From the NCBI RefSeq assembly GCF_004010195.1, contig NC_057750.1, positions 15,950,550 to 16,014,549 of the forward strand: a stretch of 64,000 bases of DNA. The letters run 5' to 3'. Below are positions 12,351 to 24,985 of this stretch, piece after piece. The DNA is from Chiloscyllium plagiosum (taxonomy: Eukaryota). The first letter of the stretch is position 1; each line of letters starts with the position of its first letter. Position numbers and translations under genes: made by a program. The notes beneath the pieces were generated by a model that worked only from the letters and a program-made list of their open reading frames with translations, had not been told where the DNA came from and did not search any database.

Positions 12351-13046
12351 AAAACATGGGCTTTAGATTGGTTCCACAGGTCGGTGCAACATCGAGGGCT
12401 GAAGGGCCTGTACTGCACTTTAATGTCCTAAACATCCTGTACAAGTTTAAGATAACTTTACTTTTGAATTATGTAGCCCTTGAAATAAATCCCAAGTCTT
12501 ACAAATATTTCCTATTGTATTGTTGTGATGCTGCTTTTAATGATTTGTTCATCTGTGGTCCTTGGATCCCTTTTCATTTAACTGGGTTGAGTTCTTGTTT
12601 TCTAAACTAGAGGTTGCTTTTCTGCTTTTTCTCTCAAAGTGCATCATTTTGCACTATCTCTGTCAAAGTTCATAATGCCATATCACTGTCCAATCTGCAA
12701 ATTTAGGGCTGATGAGAAGTTTAATTTATTTATCTAATTATTGAGTATGTTATTTATACATTTCTTTAAGTAATCACAGAATCTTTGAAGCTTCTTCAGG
12801 AAATACATTGTGCAAAATGTTTAAAAAGACAGTTGAACAAAGTAATTTGAAATGGCCTTGTGTCCACCTTCTGATTTGTACTGAGAGACCTGGCCGTCTT
12901 TGGCCTCCAGCTGGGAAAAATCCCACTTTGCTTATTATCCAGCAATGAAAAGTAAAAGGAAGGATGGCAGGTGCTGATAAGGCTAGACTGTTAAATCCCC
13001 TAACCTTTGGATCAATTAACATGTTTACATTCATCACCTTGGCACA

Positions 13047-13254
13047 AAGTTAACAATCACACAACACCAGGTTATAGTCCAACAAGTTTAATTGGAAGCA
13101 CTAGCTTTCGAAGCACCGCTCTTTCACCACCTGATGAAGGAGCGGTGCTCCGAAAGCTAGTGCTTCCAATTAAACCTGTTGGACTATAACCTGATGTTGT
13201 GTGATTTTTAACTTTGTACACCCCAGTCCAACACTGGCATCTCCAAATCATGAC
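13047..13254. mobile_element. Palindromic Penelope-derived non-autonomous element with 12-bp TSD
   Basis: TSD caccttggcaca at 13035-13046 and 13255-13266; inverted repeat 13044-13217; sequence matches the PLE terminus at 36225-36349. Confidence 0.85.
13128..13162 (+). ncRNA. Minimal type I hammerhead ribozyme motif
   Basis: cac-CTGATGA-A-GGAGC-ggt-GCTCC-GAAA-G-CTA-gtg; all core nucleotides present. Confidence 0.75.
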
Positions 13255-13424
13255 CACCTTGGCACACATCTTTGAATGATCAGTGAACAGGAGGTGCTGG
13301 AGGCCTGATGGAATCAATGGAATTCTGTCCTGGCCACTGTCAGTGCCTTGAAACAAGAATGGCAAGGAGAAAAGTATGCATATTTGAACTAGAGGAACTA
13401 CTAAATCTTTCCATATTTCTACAG

Positions 13425-13503
13425 TTATGACAATGTGTACACTCAGCACTACACCATGCCTATCAGTGACTCATCCGATGTGGAGGACAGAAACAAAGAA
13501 GAG
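13425..13503 (+). CDS. Unidentified gene, exon D ((S)YDNVYTQHYTMPISDSSDVEDRNKEE), phase 2->0
   Basis: Acceptor tatttctacag|tta identical to exon B; donor GAG|gtaaaa; 79 nt open. Confidence 0.75.
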
Positions 13504-14660
13504 GTAAAAATACATATAATTTATATGACATGTTTGTGAAAGGGACTTTGCACAGAACATTTTTGTATGTGGGCTGTCAAAGCTCAGTATCTAGCACTTA
13601 ACCCATTGATTTAAGACAATCAAGATACTAGCATCCATGTCACTGAAGAGTTCACATAAATGTGGCACTTCCCATTTGGCAAACCTTATATTTCCTCACC
13701 ACTAATAATAATGAATGGAATCAGTTAGTATTCCTGTTCTGTAATACTGTAGTGATGCAACAAATCCCAGAACTTCCCCAATGTCCACTATAGACATTTG
13801 AGATGTAATTGGAAGTAATTTTGATTTCAGGTGATATCAGATTCGCTATCATGAACCTTTCCCTACAGATTTTCTTAAAATACATATAATGGGAGGCTAC
13901 TCCAATTTTGATCATTTAATACTATTGCCAAAATCATATTGTCTCTGCTGTGTACTTATATTCTGAACTGTCCTTAAAAGGGACATCAGGCAATAAAAAA
14001 TTGAGAGGACGTTACTTCAATTTTTTTCTTAACTTGCAATCTGTTACTGCAAACCAGTTGCAACTTGACGAACAACCATAACTGGAATAACAATTCTTTC
14101 TGAAAACTTGTTTTTTGGTAGGTTCCATCCATCTGCATTTGTTGAAGAGAATCTTGGCATTATTATCAGCATTATTATGGTGAACTAACATAGCTCAGAG
14201 AAGAATATCAGTTGCTGTAGATTAAAAATTTTGAAAATATATATTCCATTGGAGGATTGTTACAATCATGATGCAGGTCTGTCTTAGTGCCCATTAATTG
14301 GAAAACTGTAACCACTTAATAAAACGCTTGACATTACCTGATCAAAGCCATCCAGGAAAATCTAACACCAATATTATCAGTCAGTTGGAATCCTAATAGT
14401 TAAATTAAAGAGAGTCGAGTCTGGACATAAGGTAACAACAAAAGATAAATGGTAAAAGGAAAACTAATATCGATGATAAGTGATGGAAGGCTGAGTATAA
14501 CATTGATAGATTTCTCTCAGCACCAGCTGAAGTGATTGATGATAACTGGATTATAATATTCTGATCAGAAACACAGTTTCCAAGAAAGCTAGCCAAACCA
14601 GTATCTGTCAATGCTGTCCAGTATTACTTACAGAATAATTGCAAGTTCCATCTGTTACAG

Positions 14661-14710
14661 GACATGCAGGCAATAGAAGAAGCTAATCTGATGGTTCAGT
14701 TCATTGATGG
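14661..14710 (+). CDS. Unidentified gene, exon E (DMQAIEEANLMVQFID), phase 0->2
   Basis: Acceptor ttccatctgttacag|; donor GG|gtaagt; 50 nt, paralogous to exon C (xMQ...E.N..V..I). Confidence 0.78.
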
Positions 14711-14789
14711 GTAAGTTTACCATACATTCAAATTATAATAAAATGAAGAACAATATTCAGCCATATGGACCTCATGGTCCCAGGGTCAA

Positions 14790-16500
14790 TTAGCTGATGG
14801 TAGCTTTTTATTTTGTTTATTCCCCATGTATGTTGCTGGTTAGGACAGCATTTATTATCTATCCCTAATTGCCCTGGAGAAGGTGGTGTTGCACTGCTTT
14901 CTTGAATGGCTGCAGTCCTTTGGGCTAGTTCTCTTAGGAAGGGAATTCCAAGATTTGGATTCAGCAATAGTAAATGAACAGCGATTTTCATTGACTGTAA
15001 TTTTTCTAGGGCTACTTAAGGCCACACCCAGACAAATGCAGCCTTTGTGGAACGCCAAACTGACTGTCAGTGTGCAGGTTTTTCTTTGCAGATACTTTTG
15101 GTATAACTGTTGACAACACCTTCCATCACTTTGCTAGATAATCAGGGATAAATCGATATGGTAGTAATTGGCTGATTTGGGACATACTTGGGCAATTTTC
15201 AACATGTCACATGCCAGTGTGGTAGCTGTACTAGAACAACTTGGCGAGAGGTAAGCTAATTCTGGAGCACAAGTCTTCAGTAGTATTGCCAAAATGTTGT
15301 CAGGGCCTTTGAGGTATCCAGTGCCTTCGGGGTTTTTTTGATATAATGTGGATTGAATCAAATTGGTTGAAGACTTTCATCTGTGATGCTAGAGGCCAAG
15401 ATGGACCAGCAACTCAACACTTTTGATGCAAATAATTTGGTGTCATCTTTTGCAGTGTTGTGCTGAGCACCCCCATCATTAAAGTTCTGGATATATGTCA
15501 GGTGTTTAATTGTCCACCACCATTCATAATTGGATGTGGCAGAACTGCAGAGCCTAGATCTGATCTTCTGGTTGTCAAATTATTTAACTTTGTCTCTTGC
15601 TTGTTACTTCTCCTGTTTAGCATGCAACTAGTCCAGTTTTGCTGCTTTACCAGGTTGACACCTCACTTTTAGGGGATGCCTGGTATTGCTTCTGGCATGC
15701 CTTCCTGCACTCTTCATTAAACCAGGTTGATCTCCTGGCTTGATAGCAATGGTGGAGTTGGGTATATGCTGGATCATGTGACTATAAACTGTTGCTTTTG
15801 ATTGCCCACAGTGCATCATGGATGGATTATTTTGAGTTACTCAATGTGATATTTAGCATGATGGTAGTGTCACCCCAAAACAATGGAAAACATCTTCTGT
15901 GTGTAGGTGGGACTTTGTCTCTACGATGACAATGTAGTCCTACAGATATCATCATGGATGGACACACCTGTGAGAAGCAGATTGGTGAGGATGACAAACT
16001 CAGCAGATCTGGCAGCATATTTAGAGAGAAACAGTGCTAATGTTTTGAGTGCAACATCATTATCTTCAGAACTGAAGATAAGCTTAGGCTTAAGTTTTTC
16101 CCTCACTACAGGCCACAGACCCATTCTAGCAGCCACATTGTTTAGTACATGGCCAGCTCAGTCATCAATGGTGCCACCAAATCACTCTTGGTGATGGACA
16201 TGGAAGTCCCCCACTCAGAGTAAATTGTCTGCTCTTGTCACCCTCTGTGTTTCCTCTAAATGGTGTTCATCAACATGGAGGAAGTGTGATGTATGGTAGA
16301 TGGTAATCACGTGGAGGTTTCCTCGCCTATGTTTCATCTTCATGGGGTATGGAGTCAATGTTAATGATTTCCATTGCAACTCCTACTGACTGTTTACCAT
16401 TGTGCAGCCACATCTATCGGCTAGACAGGACATACAGCAGGATGGTAATGGTCCTGTCAGAAACATTGTCTATGAAGTGTGATTCCAGATCAGTCAACGA
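14790..16500 (-). mobile_element. Ancient decayed LINE (endonuclease/RT remnants)
   Basis: KGPDNILAILLKTCAPELA (15134-15361) and QHIPNSTIAIKPGDQP (15628-15819); 3' tail like 9940-10490. Confidence 0.6.
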
Positions 16501-16599
16501 TGACAGATTTCTTTCCCTTTCTGGTTCGTGAATAAGTTGAGATTTTACAACAATCAATAATGGTTACATACGTTGGAGTAACCTTTGATTTCAAAGAGT

Positions 16600-17065
16600 C
16601 TTAGAGTCATTCACCACAGAAATAAGCCCAACTCATTCATGCCAACCAGGCATCCCAATCTGACCTAGTCCTGTTTGCCACCAGTTGGCCCATAGCTCTC
16701 TAAACCCTTCCTATTCATATACCCATCCAGCCTTTTAATTTTACCCACATCCACCATTTCCTCTGACAGCTCTTTCCATCCATACATCAACCACTGCATG
16801 ATAAAGTTACCCCTCGGGTCCTTTTTAAATTTTTCTCCTCTGAACTTGAACCTATGCCTAGTGGACTCCCCTACTCTGGAAAAAAGACCTCAGTTATTCA
16901 CTCTATCTATGCCTCTCATAATTCTTTAAACTTCAATAAGGCTACCCCCAGCCTGTAATGCTCAGGGAAAATACCCCAGCCGATTAAGCCTTTACCTGTG
17001 ACTTAAACCATCCAGTCCCAACAACATCCTTGCAAATCTTTTCTGCACTCTTTCAAGTTTAACAA
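16600..17065 (-). mobile_element. CR1 3' fragment
   Basis: Nucleotide similarity to 1300-1800 (aaacccttcctattcatatacccatcc). Confidence 0.8.
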
Positions 17066-17593
17066 ATTCATCATCTGCCATGGTATGATTCAAAGCCATC
17101 TACCCAAAACCTGAAGCTCTTGATTACTAGTCCAGTTATATTTGTGCTATGCTACAGCCTCCCCTTTTGGTACGAGCAGTGGGAAAAGGTGCTGAGTGCT
17201 TATATTTATTCTTATAATGCAAACTCACATCTATAAACAAACATATAATAAGTTGGACTCAAATTTGATGAGTTCCCTTGGAGGTAAGACCACCCATAAA
17301 TGTGTCTGCAATTTATAATTTGATCAAGTCATTGTCAGAAAGGCTCCAAAGCTCTGAGTTCACACTACTGTTTTCAAAGAACTGACAGGATTGATCTGCC
17401 AGATTAGCAGCACACATAGTGCTCACATTCCCAAATTCAAAACATTTGAGAGACAGTGAAATATGAGGAAGAAAACTCCAATTGTTGAGGTGTTGCTGGA
17501 CAGGGAGCAAAGTGGATCATCTAGCTGATAAAATTGGGTGAATGTTAGTTGCTGAAAGTTAGAATACATGCAGCTAAATTTAGATGAGGTAAA

Positions 17594-17713
17594 GGTGGCT
17601 CAGTGGTTAACACTGTTGCCTCGCTGTGCCAGGTTTTGATTCCAGCCTCGGGGACTGCCTGCGTAGAATTTGTACATTTTCCCTGTATCTGTGTCAGTTT
17701 CCTCAGGTGCTCT
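17594..17713 (+). mobile_element. Decayed 5' part of an HE1/V-SINE
   Basis: ggtggctcagtggttaacactgttgcctc...gtttcctcaggtgctc matches the head of the SINE at 60441-60760. Confidence 0.7.
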
Positions 17714-18193
17714 TGTACAATGAAAGGGGAGTGGCAAGTTCTCCCAGCTCGGCTTTTGGCAGTGTGGCTATTCACTGAAACCGTTCAGGCAGTTTGAGAC
17801 TTCTGAGCCAAGAAACAGCTACATGTAAGAGGGTGTTCCATGCTGTCATCTGTCTCCCTCTTTTTCTCTCTCTCTCTCTCCTGTAAGACCCTGTGTTTGA
17901 TTTTACCTTTTGTGCCAAAGGGTGTTTATAGGGATTGTTGCAAATGTTGGGAAATGTATCATTAAGTTGATATAATCTATTGGATAGACTAAGTTATTCT
18001 GTATTTTGTTCTCTTTTGTTTGTGTTTCATTCGATAATCTTGTAAATAAATTCTGTTATATTTAAAGCTAAATGGTTTAACCAGGTGCACCTCTCCCAGA
18101 ATATCTGTTATACCTGCTTAAAATAACTAGCAAAGTTAGGGTCTGGGCTACTTTCTTGAAATGTTTTCATGGGGTCTGGCCTGGTCCATAACG
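17714..18193 (+). repeat. Gmr1 5' LTR (5'-truncated by about 165 bp)
   Basis: Aligns to 23991-24418; followed by a decayed tRNA-Pro-like PBS (ttgggactctttgcaggattt). Confidence 0.85.
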
Positions 18194-19900
18194 GATTGGG
18201 ACTCTTTGCAGGATTTGTACTATAAATTCCAAATTGGGATTAGGGTTGCTGGACTCGAAAGCAGTGAGTGATAGGTGTTAGTGTCTTTTGTTCCGGGTGT
18301 TGAATCCGGTTGGTTTAAACTGTGCTCAGGATAGCACTTTTAGTCACCAAGTGTATTCTCGGGGTGGAATAAGCGACTTTGGGGGTTATGCGAAAGGTGC
18401 TTAAGGCCAAGCTGCTGGAATTAGCAGATAAGCTGGAGTTGGAGCTGCCTCCTTCCATGAGGAAAGGAGAGACAATTTCAGCAATAGCTCAGCATTTAAA
18501 TCTGCTGGAAACACCATCAGAGGCAAAAGACAAGGAAAGGGCGACAGAAATGAAACAGTTTGAAGTACAATTAAAAGCAGAGGAAAGAGAAAAAGAATGA
18601 ATCACTTTAGAAAACAAGAGAAAAAGAGAGAGGAGAGGAGCAAAGAGAGGGAATTTGAACTTCAGAAATTGGCATTTATACAGGGATTCAAAAATTCACA
18701 CTCTGAAGTAGTGAGAACACATGGAAGAGCAGAGAATTAAAATGGCAAGATTAGCAGCTGAAGTAGCTGATGATTATGAGTTGGTCCTTAAATCAAACTT
18801 TGGCTTCCAAAATCAATTTCAAGTGTGAAGGATAGAAATTGGGGAAAAGAGAAATCCTTGCCTGGAAAGGGAAAGGTAGATCTTGGTGAAGATCACAAGG
18901 ATAACTAACCACAGGGTAAAAAGGAATCCCTTGAAGGGGAAAGAGAAATTAAAAAGCGTTGGTGTTTTCACTGCAATAAAGTAAGCCACATGAAATTGGT
19001 GTTGGTGGATTATGAAAAACACTGGGAGGTCAGATGTAGGAAAATAGGATAAGCCAGTGAATTTTGTTGGAATGGCAATGGAAGCACAGTGGAGACTAGA
19101 AAGCTGTACCAGAATGTACAAACTGGTTAGAGATTGGTTAAGTAGGAAGTGCCAGATCTTCTTTAACCATATATCTGCGAAGATAAGGTTTACTGAAATT
19201 GGCCAGGAGCAACAGGTAAAGAGGTTGCAATATTAAGAAATACGGGATCCTCTCATTCTGTGATATTGAAAGATGAGGAGATATGTATCTCTGAAGGACT
19301 ACTGCCAGAAAATTTACTTGTTACGGGAATTCATGGTGAGACAAGAAGCACTGAATTATGTAAAGTGAGGTTAGAGTATCCAGTGAAGAATGGAGGAGTC
19401 ATGAACAAACTCTGTTCCAGGAATACAATTTGTCCTTGCTAATGATCTAGCTGGTACACAGGTAGGAGTGCTGCATACTGTGGTTAAAAGGCCAGTGGAA
19501 ACTCAGGCAACTAAACTTTTGCAGGACATATATCCTGGAATTTTTCCTGACTATGTAGTAATGAGATCACATGGTCACCAATTGAAACAGGAGAGATCAA
19601 AGGGTACAGATAAGAAAGTTGAAGTGGAACTAGTAGAGACTCTGTTTGATTAGATGGTCAACTCAAAACAGATGACACAGCAGATATCTTTAGCTCAGAT
19701 AAATTAACTGAGTTACAGCAGAAAGATGAAAATTTAAAGCAAGCGTATCAAAAACCATACACAGAAAAAGAATGCGAATGATTCCCTGAATGTTATTATC
19801 TTAAAAATTATGACTTATTGAGGAAATGGAGACCATCACATATTCAGGCAGATGAGAAATGGGCAGAAGTACATCAAGTTGTATTGCTAGTGGGTTATAA

Positions 19901-20356
19901 AGTCATAGAGATGTACAGCACGGAAACAGACCCTTCCGTCCAACTCGGCCATGCCGATCAGTTATCCCAACCTAATCTAGTCCCACTAGGTAGCACCTGG
20001 CCCATATCCCTCCAAACCCTTCCTATTCATAACCAATCCAAATGTGTTTTAAATGTTGAAATTGTACTTGCCTCCACCACTACCTCTGGCAGTTCATTCC
20101 ATACACGTACCACCCTCTGCGTGAAAAAGTTGCCCCTTAGGTTTCTTTTATATCTTTCCCCTCTCACCCTAAACCTATGCCCTCTAGTTCTGGACTCCCC
20201 CACCCCAGGGAAAGGACCTTGTCTATTTATCCTATCCGTACCCCTCATGATTTTATAAACTTCTTTCAGGTCACCCCTCAGCCTCAGACGCTTCAGGGAA
20301 AATAGCCGCAGCCTATTCAAACTTTCCCTATAGCTCAAATCTTCCAATCCTGGCAA
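19901..20356 (-). mobile_element. CR1 3' fragment nested in the Gmr1 pol region
   Basis: ORF 20027-20392 LPGLEDLSYRE...RLRGDLKEVYK; the Gmr1 reading VGY|...EMLRVLHE resumes after it. Confidence 0.9.
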
Positions 20357-20512
20357 GAATGGAGATGTTGCGAGTGCTGCATGAGCTACCACTAGGGAGT
20401 CATTTAGGAGTAAGAGAAACTCAAGCTAAAATAGAAAAACATTTTTACTGGGCTTGGCTGCACAAGGATGTAGGTGACTTTTGCCACACATATCACACAT
20501 GTCAGATAATTG

Positions 20513-20681
20513 TTGAAAAGTGTGGCGCTGGAAAAGCAAAATGGGTCAGGCAGCATCATGTTAAAGGGCTTATGCCCAAACATCAATTCTCTTGCTGCTC
20601 AGATGCTGCCTGACGTGGTGAGCTTTTCCAGCACCACACTTTTCAACTCTGATCTCTAGCATCTGCAGTCCTCACTTTCTC
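20513..20681. mobile_element. Penelope-derived short element nested in the Gmr1 integrase, 15-bp TSD
   Basis: catgtcag(a/g)taattg at 20498-20512 and 20682-20696; partial inverted repeat. Confidence 0.75.
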
Positions 20682-20715
20682 CATGTCAGGTAATTGGAAA
20701 ACCACAGACAGTAAT

Positions 20716-21200
20716 AGTATCTACTCTATCTATGCCTTTTATCATCTCTCAAGTCACCTCTCATCCTTCTTCGCTCTAATGTGAAAAACCTGAGCTTCCT
20801 CAACCTTTCTTTATAAGACACACCCTCAAATCCAGGCAGCATTCTGGTAAAGCCCATCTGCACCGTCTCTAAAACTTCCACTTCCTTCCTATAATGAGAT
20901 GACTGGAACTGAACACAACATTTCAAGAGTGGTCTAGAGCTGCAGCATAACTTTGCGGCTCTTAAACTCAATCCCCCTGCTAATGGAAGCCAACGCATCA
21001 TACACCTTCCTAACAACCTTACCAACTGAGAAGGAATGTAGGGAATATCTCTGTATAATGCCTCTGTAATGTTGGCATCTCTGTAATTTCCTTGCTGATT
21101 TGTTCTCTACATATTTCTAATCCAAAAGCACTTCACCCTTCCTACCGAAGTCATTGTTTCTAACATGGACCATGATCTCTGACTGTTCCCCGCCCCGAGA
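20716..21200 (-). mobile_element. CR1 fragment plus a further short repeat piece nested in the Gmr1 integrase
   Basis: ORF 20726-21025 RPLLKCCVQF...ERRRMRGDL; 21028-21200 is not Gmr1 sequence. Confidence 0.7.
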
Positions 21201-23045
21201 TGAATATTCAAATAAAACCTGCACCTTTAATAACTATTCCTGCTTTTGAGGAACCTTTTACAAGAGTCTTAATTGATTGCACAGGACCCCTACCTCAAAC
21301 AAAAAGTGGAAATCAGTATTTGTTAATAATAATGGATGTGTCCACTAGATTCCAGTGGCTCTTCTATTACACACTATCACAGCTAAAAGGATTGTAAAGG
21401 AGTTACTCAAATTTTTCACGAGATACGGACTACCCACAGAGATACAATCAGATCAAGGGTCAACTTATTCAAGTAAATTATGGACAGATTAGGAATAAAA
21501 CAATTCAAATCTACTGCATACCATCCAGAATCACAGGGAGTGCTAGAAAGATGGCATCAGACATTAAAGATCATGTTAAAGGCTTATAGCCAAGATGATT
21601 GGGATAAAGGAATTCCGTTTGTGCCATTTGCAATCAGAGATGCACCAAATGAATCAACCAAATTCTGTCCATTTTATTTCGTTTTTGGGCATGAAGTGAG
21701 ACGACTGCTAAAATCAATTAAGGAGAAGTTGGTAATTCAGAGACCACATATTTGAACTATGTGTCAAATTTCTGGGAACAATTAAATAGAGTGGGGAGTT
21801 AGCATTTATAAGTATCACAGCATGTAATGAAATAGGAAACAGATAAATCAAAAACTCAAAATTTTGCTATTGGGATAAGGTGTTAGTGCTACTTCCAGTG
21901 ACAGGTGAATCTTTAAAAGCAAGGTTTAGTGGACCTTATTGATTCGAAAGGAAATTGAGTGTGGTGAGCTATTTGATGAAGACTCCAATCAGAAAAAAAA
22001 CTCACATTCAAGGTGATGTGAATGTGCTCAAAAGGTATGTTGACAGGGAAGGAAAGCCAAAGGAGAATGTGTTATTGGTTACAATACAGGGGGAAGAACC
22101 AAGTTCAGTAGATTCTGAATTGGACATTCCTCAAACTAAATTGGACAATGAGAAAGTTCTGAAATATTGCTATAAATTATTGAGTTATCTTCCAGAGGAA
22201 AATCAAAATGACCTGAAAGAGTTATTACTATGACATAAGTTGACTTATTTCTAACCTAATTATGCATGATGTAGATATAGGAGGTACTGTTATGATTAAG
22301 CAACATCCATATAGACATAACATTCTAAAGTTGGCACAGGTTCGAAAGGAGATTGAACGCATGCTCCAATATGACATAATCAAAGTGAGTTACAGTGACT
22401 GGAGCTCACCCATTGTAATGGTGTCAAAGCTAGATGGTACCCAATGGTTATGTGTGGACTAGCATAAAGTCAATGCAGTTAACAAAGACTGATACATATC
22501 CACTTCCGCTTTTGGAAGACTGTATGGAAAAGGTGGGACAAGCAACTTATATTTCTAAGTTGGACTTGCTCAAAGGATACTGGCAAGTACCTTTGTCAGA
22601 AAGAGTGAAGGCAATTTCAGCTTTCGTAATGCTGGATGGACTGTATAAGTTTAAAGTCAAGCCATTTGGTATGAAGAATATGCCAGCCACACTTCAGAGA
22701 CTAACTAATAAGGTCATTGCGAGATTACCCAATTGTGTTGTATATATTGATGACCTGGTGATTTTTAGTCACACATGAAAAGAACATTTGCAACATTTAT
22801 CTGAATTGTTCAATTGACTTCGGAAGGCACGCTTGGTGATAAACTTGGACAAAAGTGAATTTGCCAAAGCCAAAGTCACCTTCCTGGGCCATGTTATTAG
22901 ACATGGACAAATGGCCCCACGGAATGTAAGGACAAAGGTATTCGGGGAGTTTTCCATATAGCTTTTACTGAAAATTCATACCAAATTTTCGCAGTGCGGC
23001 TGCTCCACACACTGAATTGCAAAAGAAAGGCAAGAAGTTTCAGTG

Positions 23046-23168
23046 ATCAGAGACAAAAAACTGCAGATGCTGAAATCCAAAATGGACAGGTAGGAGGCTG
23101 GAAGAACACAGCAAGCCAGGCAGCATCAGGTCGTGGAGAAGTTGATGTTTAGGGTGTAACCAATCCTG
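23046..23168 (-). mobile_element. Penelope-derived short element with 14-bp TSD, nested between Gmr1 RT and RNase H
   Basis: aagaagtttcagtg at 23032-23045 and 23169-23182; contains ctgcagatgctg...cacagcaagccaggcagcatc. Confidence 0.75.
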
Positions 23169-23824
23169 AAGAAGTTTCAGTGGACAGTGAACTGTCAGAA
23201 GACAGTTGACAGCCTGAAAGCTGTGTTAACCACTGCCCCAGTATTAGCCATGCCTAATTATGCAAAGCCATTCAAGGTGGCAATTGATGCAAGTGACATT
23301 GGTCTTGGTGTTGTGCTCTTGCAGGAAGATGACGAGAAGATAGAAAGACTTCTCAGATATTTCTCCAGGAAATTGACATTCTTCAGCATAAATATTTGAC
23401 AATTGATAAGAAGACTTTGAGCTTGGTGTTGGCATTACAACATTTCAATGTTTATGTTACCAGTAATGTATCTGAGGCAATCATGTACACTTATCATAAC
23501 TCATGGAGGTTTGTGGAGAAAGTTAAGGACAAAAATGCCAGACTGTTTCGATGGAGCTTCTTGTTACAGCCATTCAGTTTTGTAAGTTGAGCATGTGGCA
23601 GGATGAGAAAATGCGATTGCCGATGCATTGTTGAGACTTGCATAAAAACAGAGGCTTTCGGTGGCAGGAGTGAAACGGATTGAATTGAAATGTAGTAGTG
23701 CATGTTAGCATGATGATTGTCAATGTAATGTATCTGTGTGTTATAGAGTACTAACAGTTTAAGATCAAGGAGTTTTAAAATGAAGCCATCTTTGGATATG
23801 GATGGGATTTTTAAAGAGGGGAGG

Positions 23825-24418
23825 TGTGATAATGCTGCTGCTCCTTTAACAAGGTTATATTGTCCTTGTTTTTTCTCGGGAGGTCATAAAATTACAGGTT
23901 CCGAAAAGTCTGGGCTTCGATGGGTTTTAGGGCCAATTTGATTATAGCTAACAGATACTGCCCTATGAAAAAAAAGTTTAAAAAGAACACATGTATAATG
24001 AAAGGGGAGTGGCCAGTTCTCTGAGCTCAGCTTTTCTCTGGTTTGACTTGGTTTTGGCAATCTGGCTATTCACTGAAAGCAGTCAGGCAGTTGAGCTCAG
24101 AAACAGCTCCATGGAAGAGGGTGCTGCCATCTATCTCTCCCTTGTAAGATCCTGTGTTTGATTTTATCTTTTGTGCCAAGGTTTTTGGAGTTTGTTGCAA
24201 GTATTGGGACAGCATCATTAAGATGGGTTTTTGGAAAGGTTACATTATTCTGTATTTTGTTCTTTGTTGTTTGTGTTTCATTTGGTAATCTTGTAAATTC
24301 TGTTATGTTGCATCTCTCCTGGAATATCCATGTTACACCTGCTTAAAACATCGAGCAAAGTTAGGGTCTGGGCTACTTTCTTGAAATGTTTTGATGGGGT
24401 CTGATATGGTCCATAACA
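23825..24418 (+). repeat. Gmr1 3' LTR (TG...CA, 594 bp)
   Basis: PPT aaagaggggagg 23813-23824; starts TGTGAT, ends CCATAACA. Confidence 0.88.
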
Positions 24419-24985
24419 AGTCTCCCCAAATAACTGAAGTCTTTCATCTTTGATGCTGTTCTAGTAGATTTTCTCAATTTTCGTTAAGGCTTTGACATCC
24501 TTCATAAAGTGTGTTGGCAGAACTGACTCTAGTTGAAGCCTAACTGGTGTCTATAAAGGTTAGTAGGTCTATACTAAAACCAAGAATCCTATAAGACTTT
24601 TAACAGCTATCTCTACTTGTCTAAACAAGTCATGTCCACAGACCTTTGTTTTACAACTACAGGTATTTCTGTTCATGTACTGTCCTTTTAAAATTATACC
24701 ATTTGGTTTATTTTTCTCTCCTCATTCTTCTGATTATATTGCACCAACCACCTCTTTCACTGCCCCCCCAACCCCAGCTCTTTAGACATGCTCCTCTAAA
24801 GTCCTATTCCTCCTCTAACTTCTTCTCTACTCTGCCAGTCCTTATTCCTTATCTTCTCCAGCAACAAAATAGCTAGGAGGAAAGGTGTTTTCAGCCACAG
24901 CTCCCACAAGATGCCTGTGCAGCTACATATGAGGTGTACAGTTCCCAATTGAGCTTGGCACCTGTTACGCCTGCCAGTGTGTTTT

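Larger units (their letters stand above)
17714..24418 (+). mobile_element. Gmr1-like Ty3/Gypsy LTR retrotransposon (gag-PR-IN-RT-RH), decayed, with nested insertions
   Basis: Gag 18379; CFHC knuckle ~18963; protease ILRNTGSS ~19230; IN zinc finger (HLGVRET...CHTYHTCQ) 20359; IN core (RVLIDCTGPLP, IQSDQG, YHPESQGVLERWH) 21200-21755; RT (LDLLKGYWQ, PFGMKN, YIDD) 22262-22778; RNase H (IDASDIG) 23187; LTRs and PPT. Confidence 0.92.

Noticed and set aside
14122..14190. Candidate extra exon after tttttggtag
   Set aside because: The required phase-0 frame hits TGA at codon 8, and it does not resemble the repeat exons.
18196..18216. Gmr1 PBS as a separate feature, and a Gmr1 TSD
   Set aside because: PBS is too decayed to call firmly; no TSD can be found because the 5' LTR start is missing.
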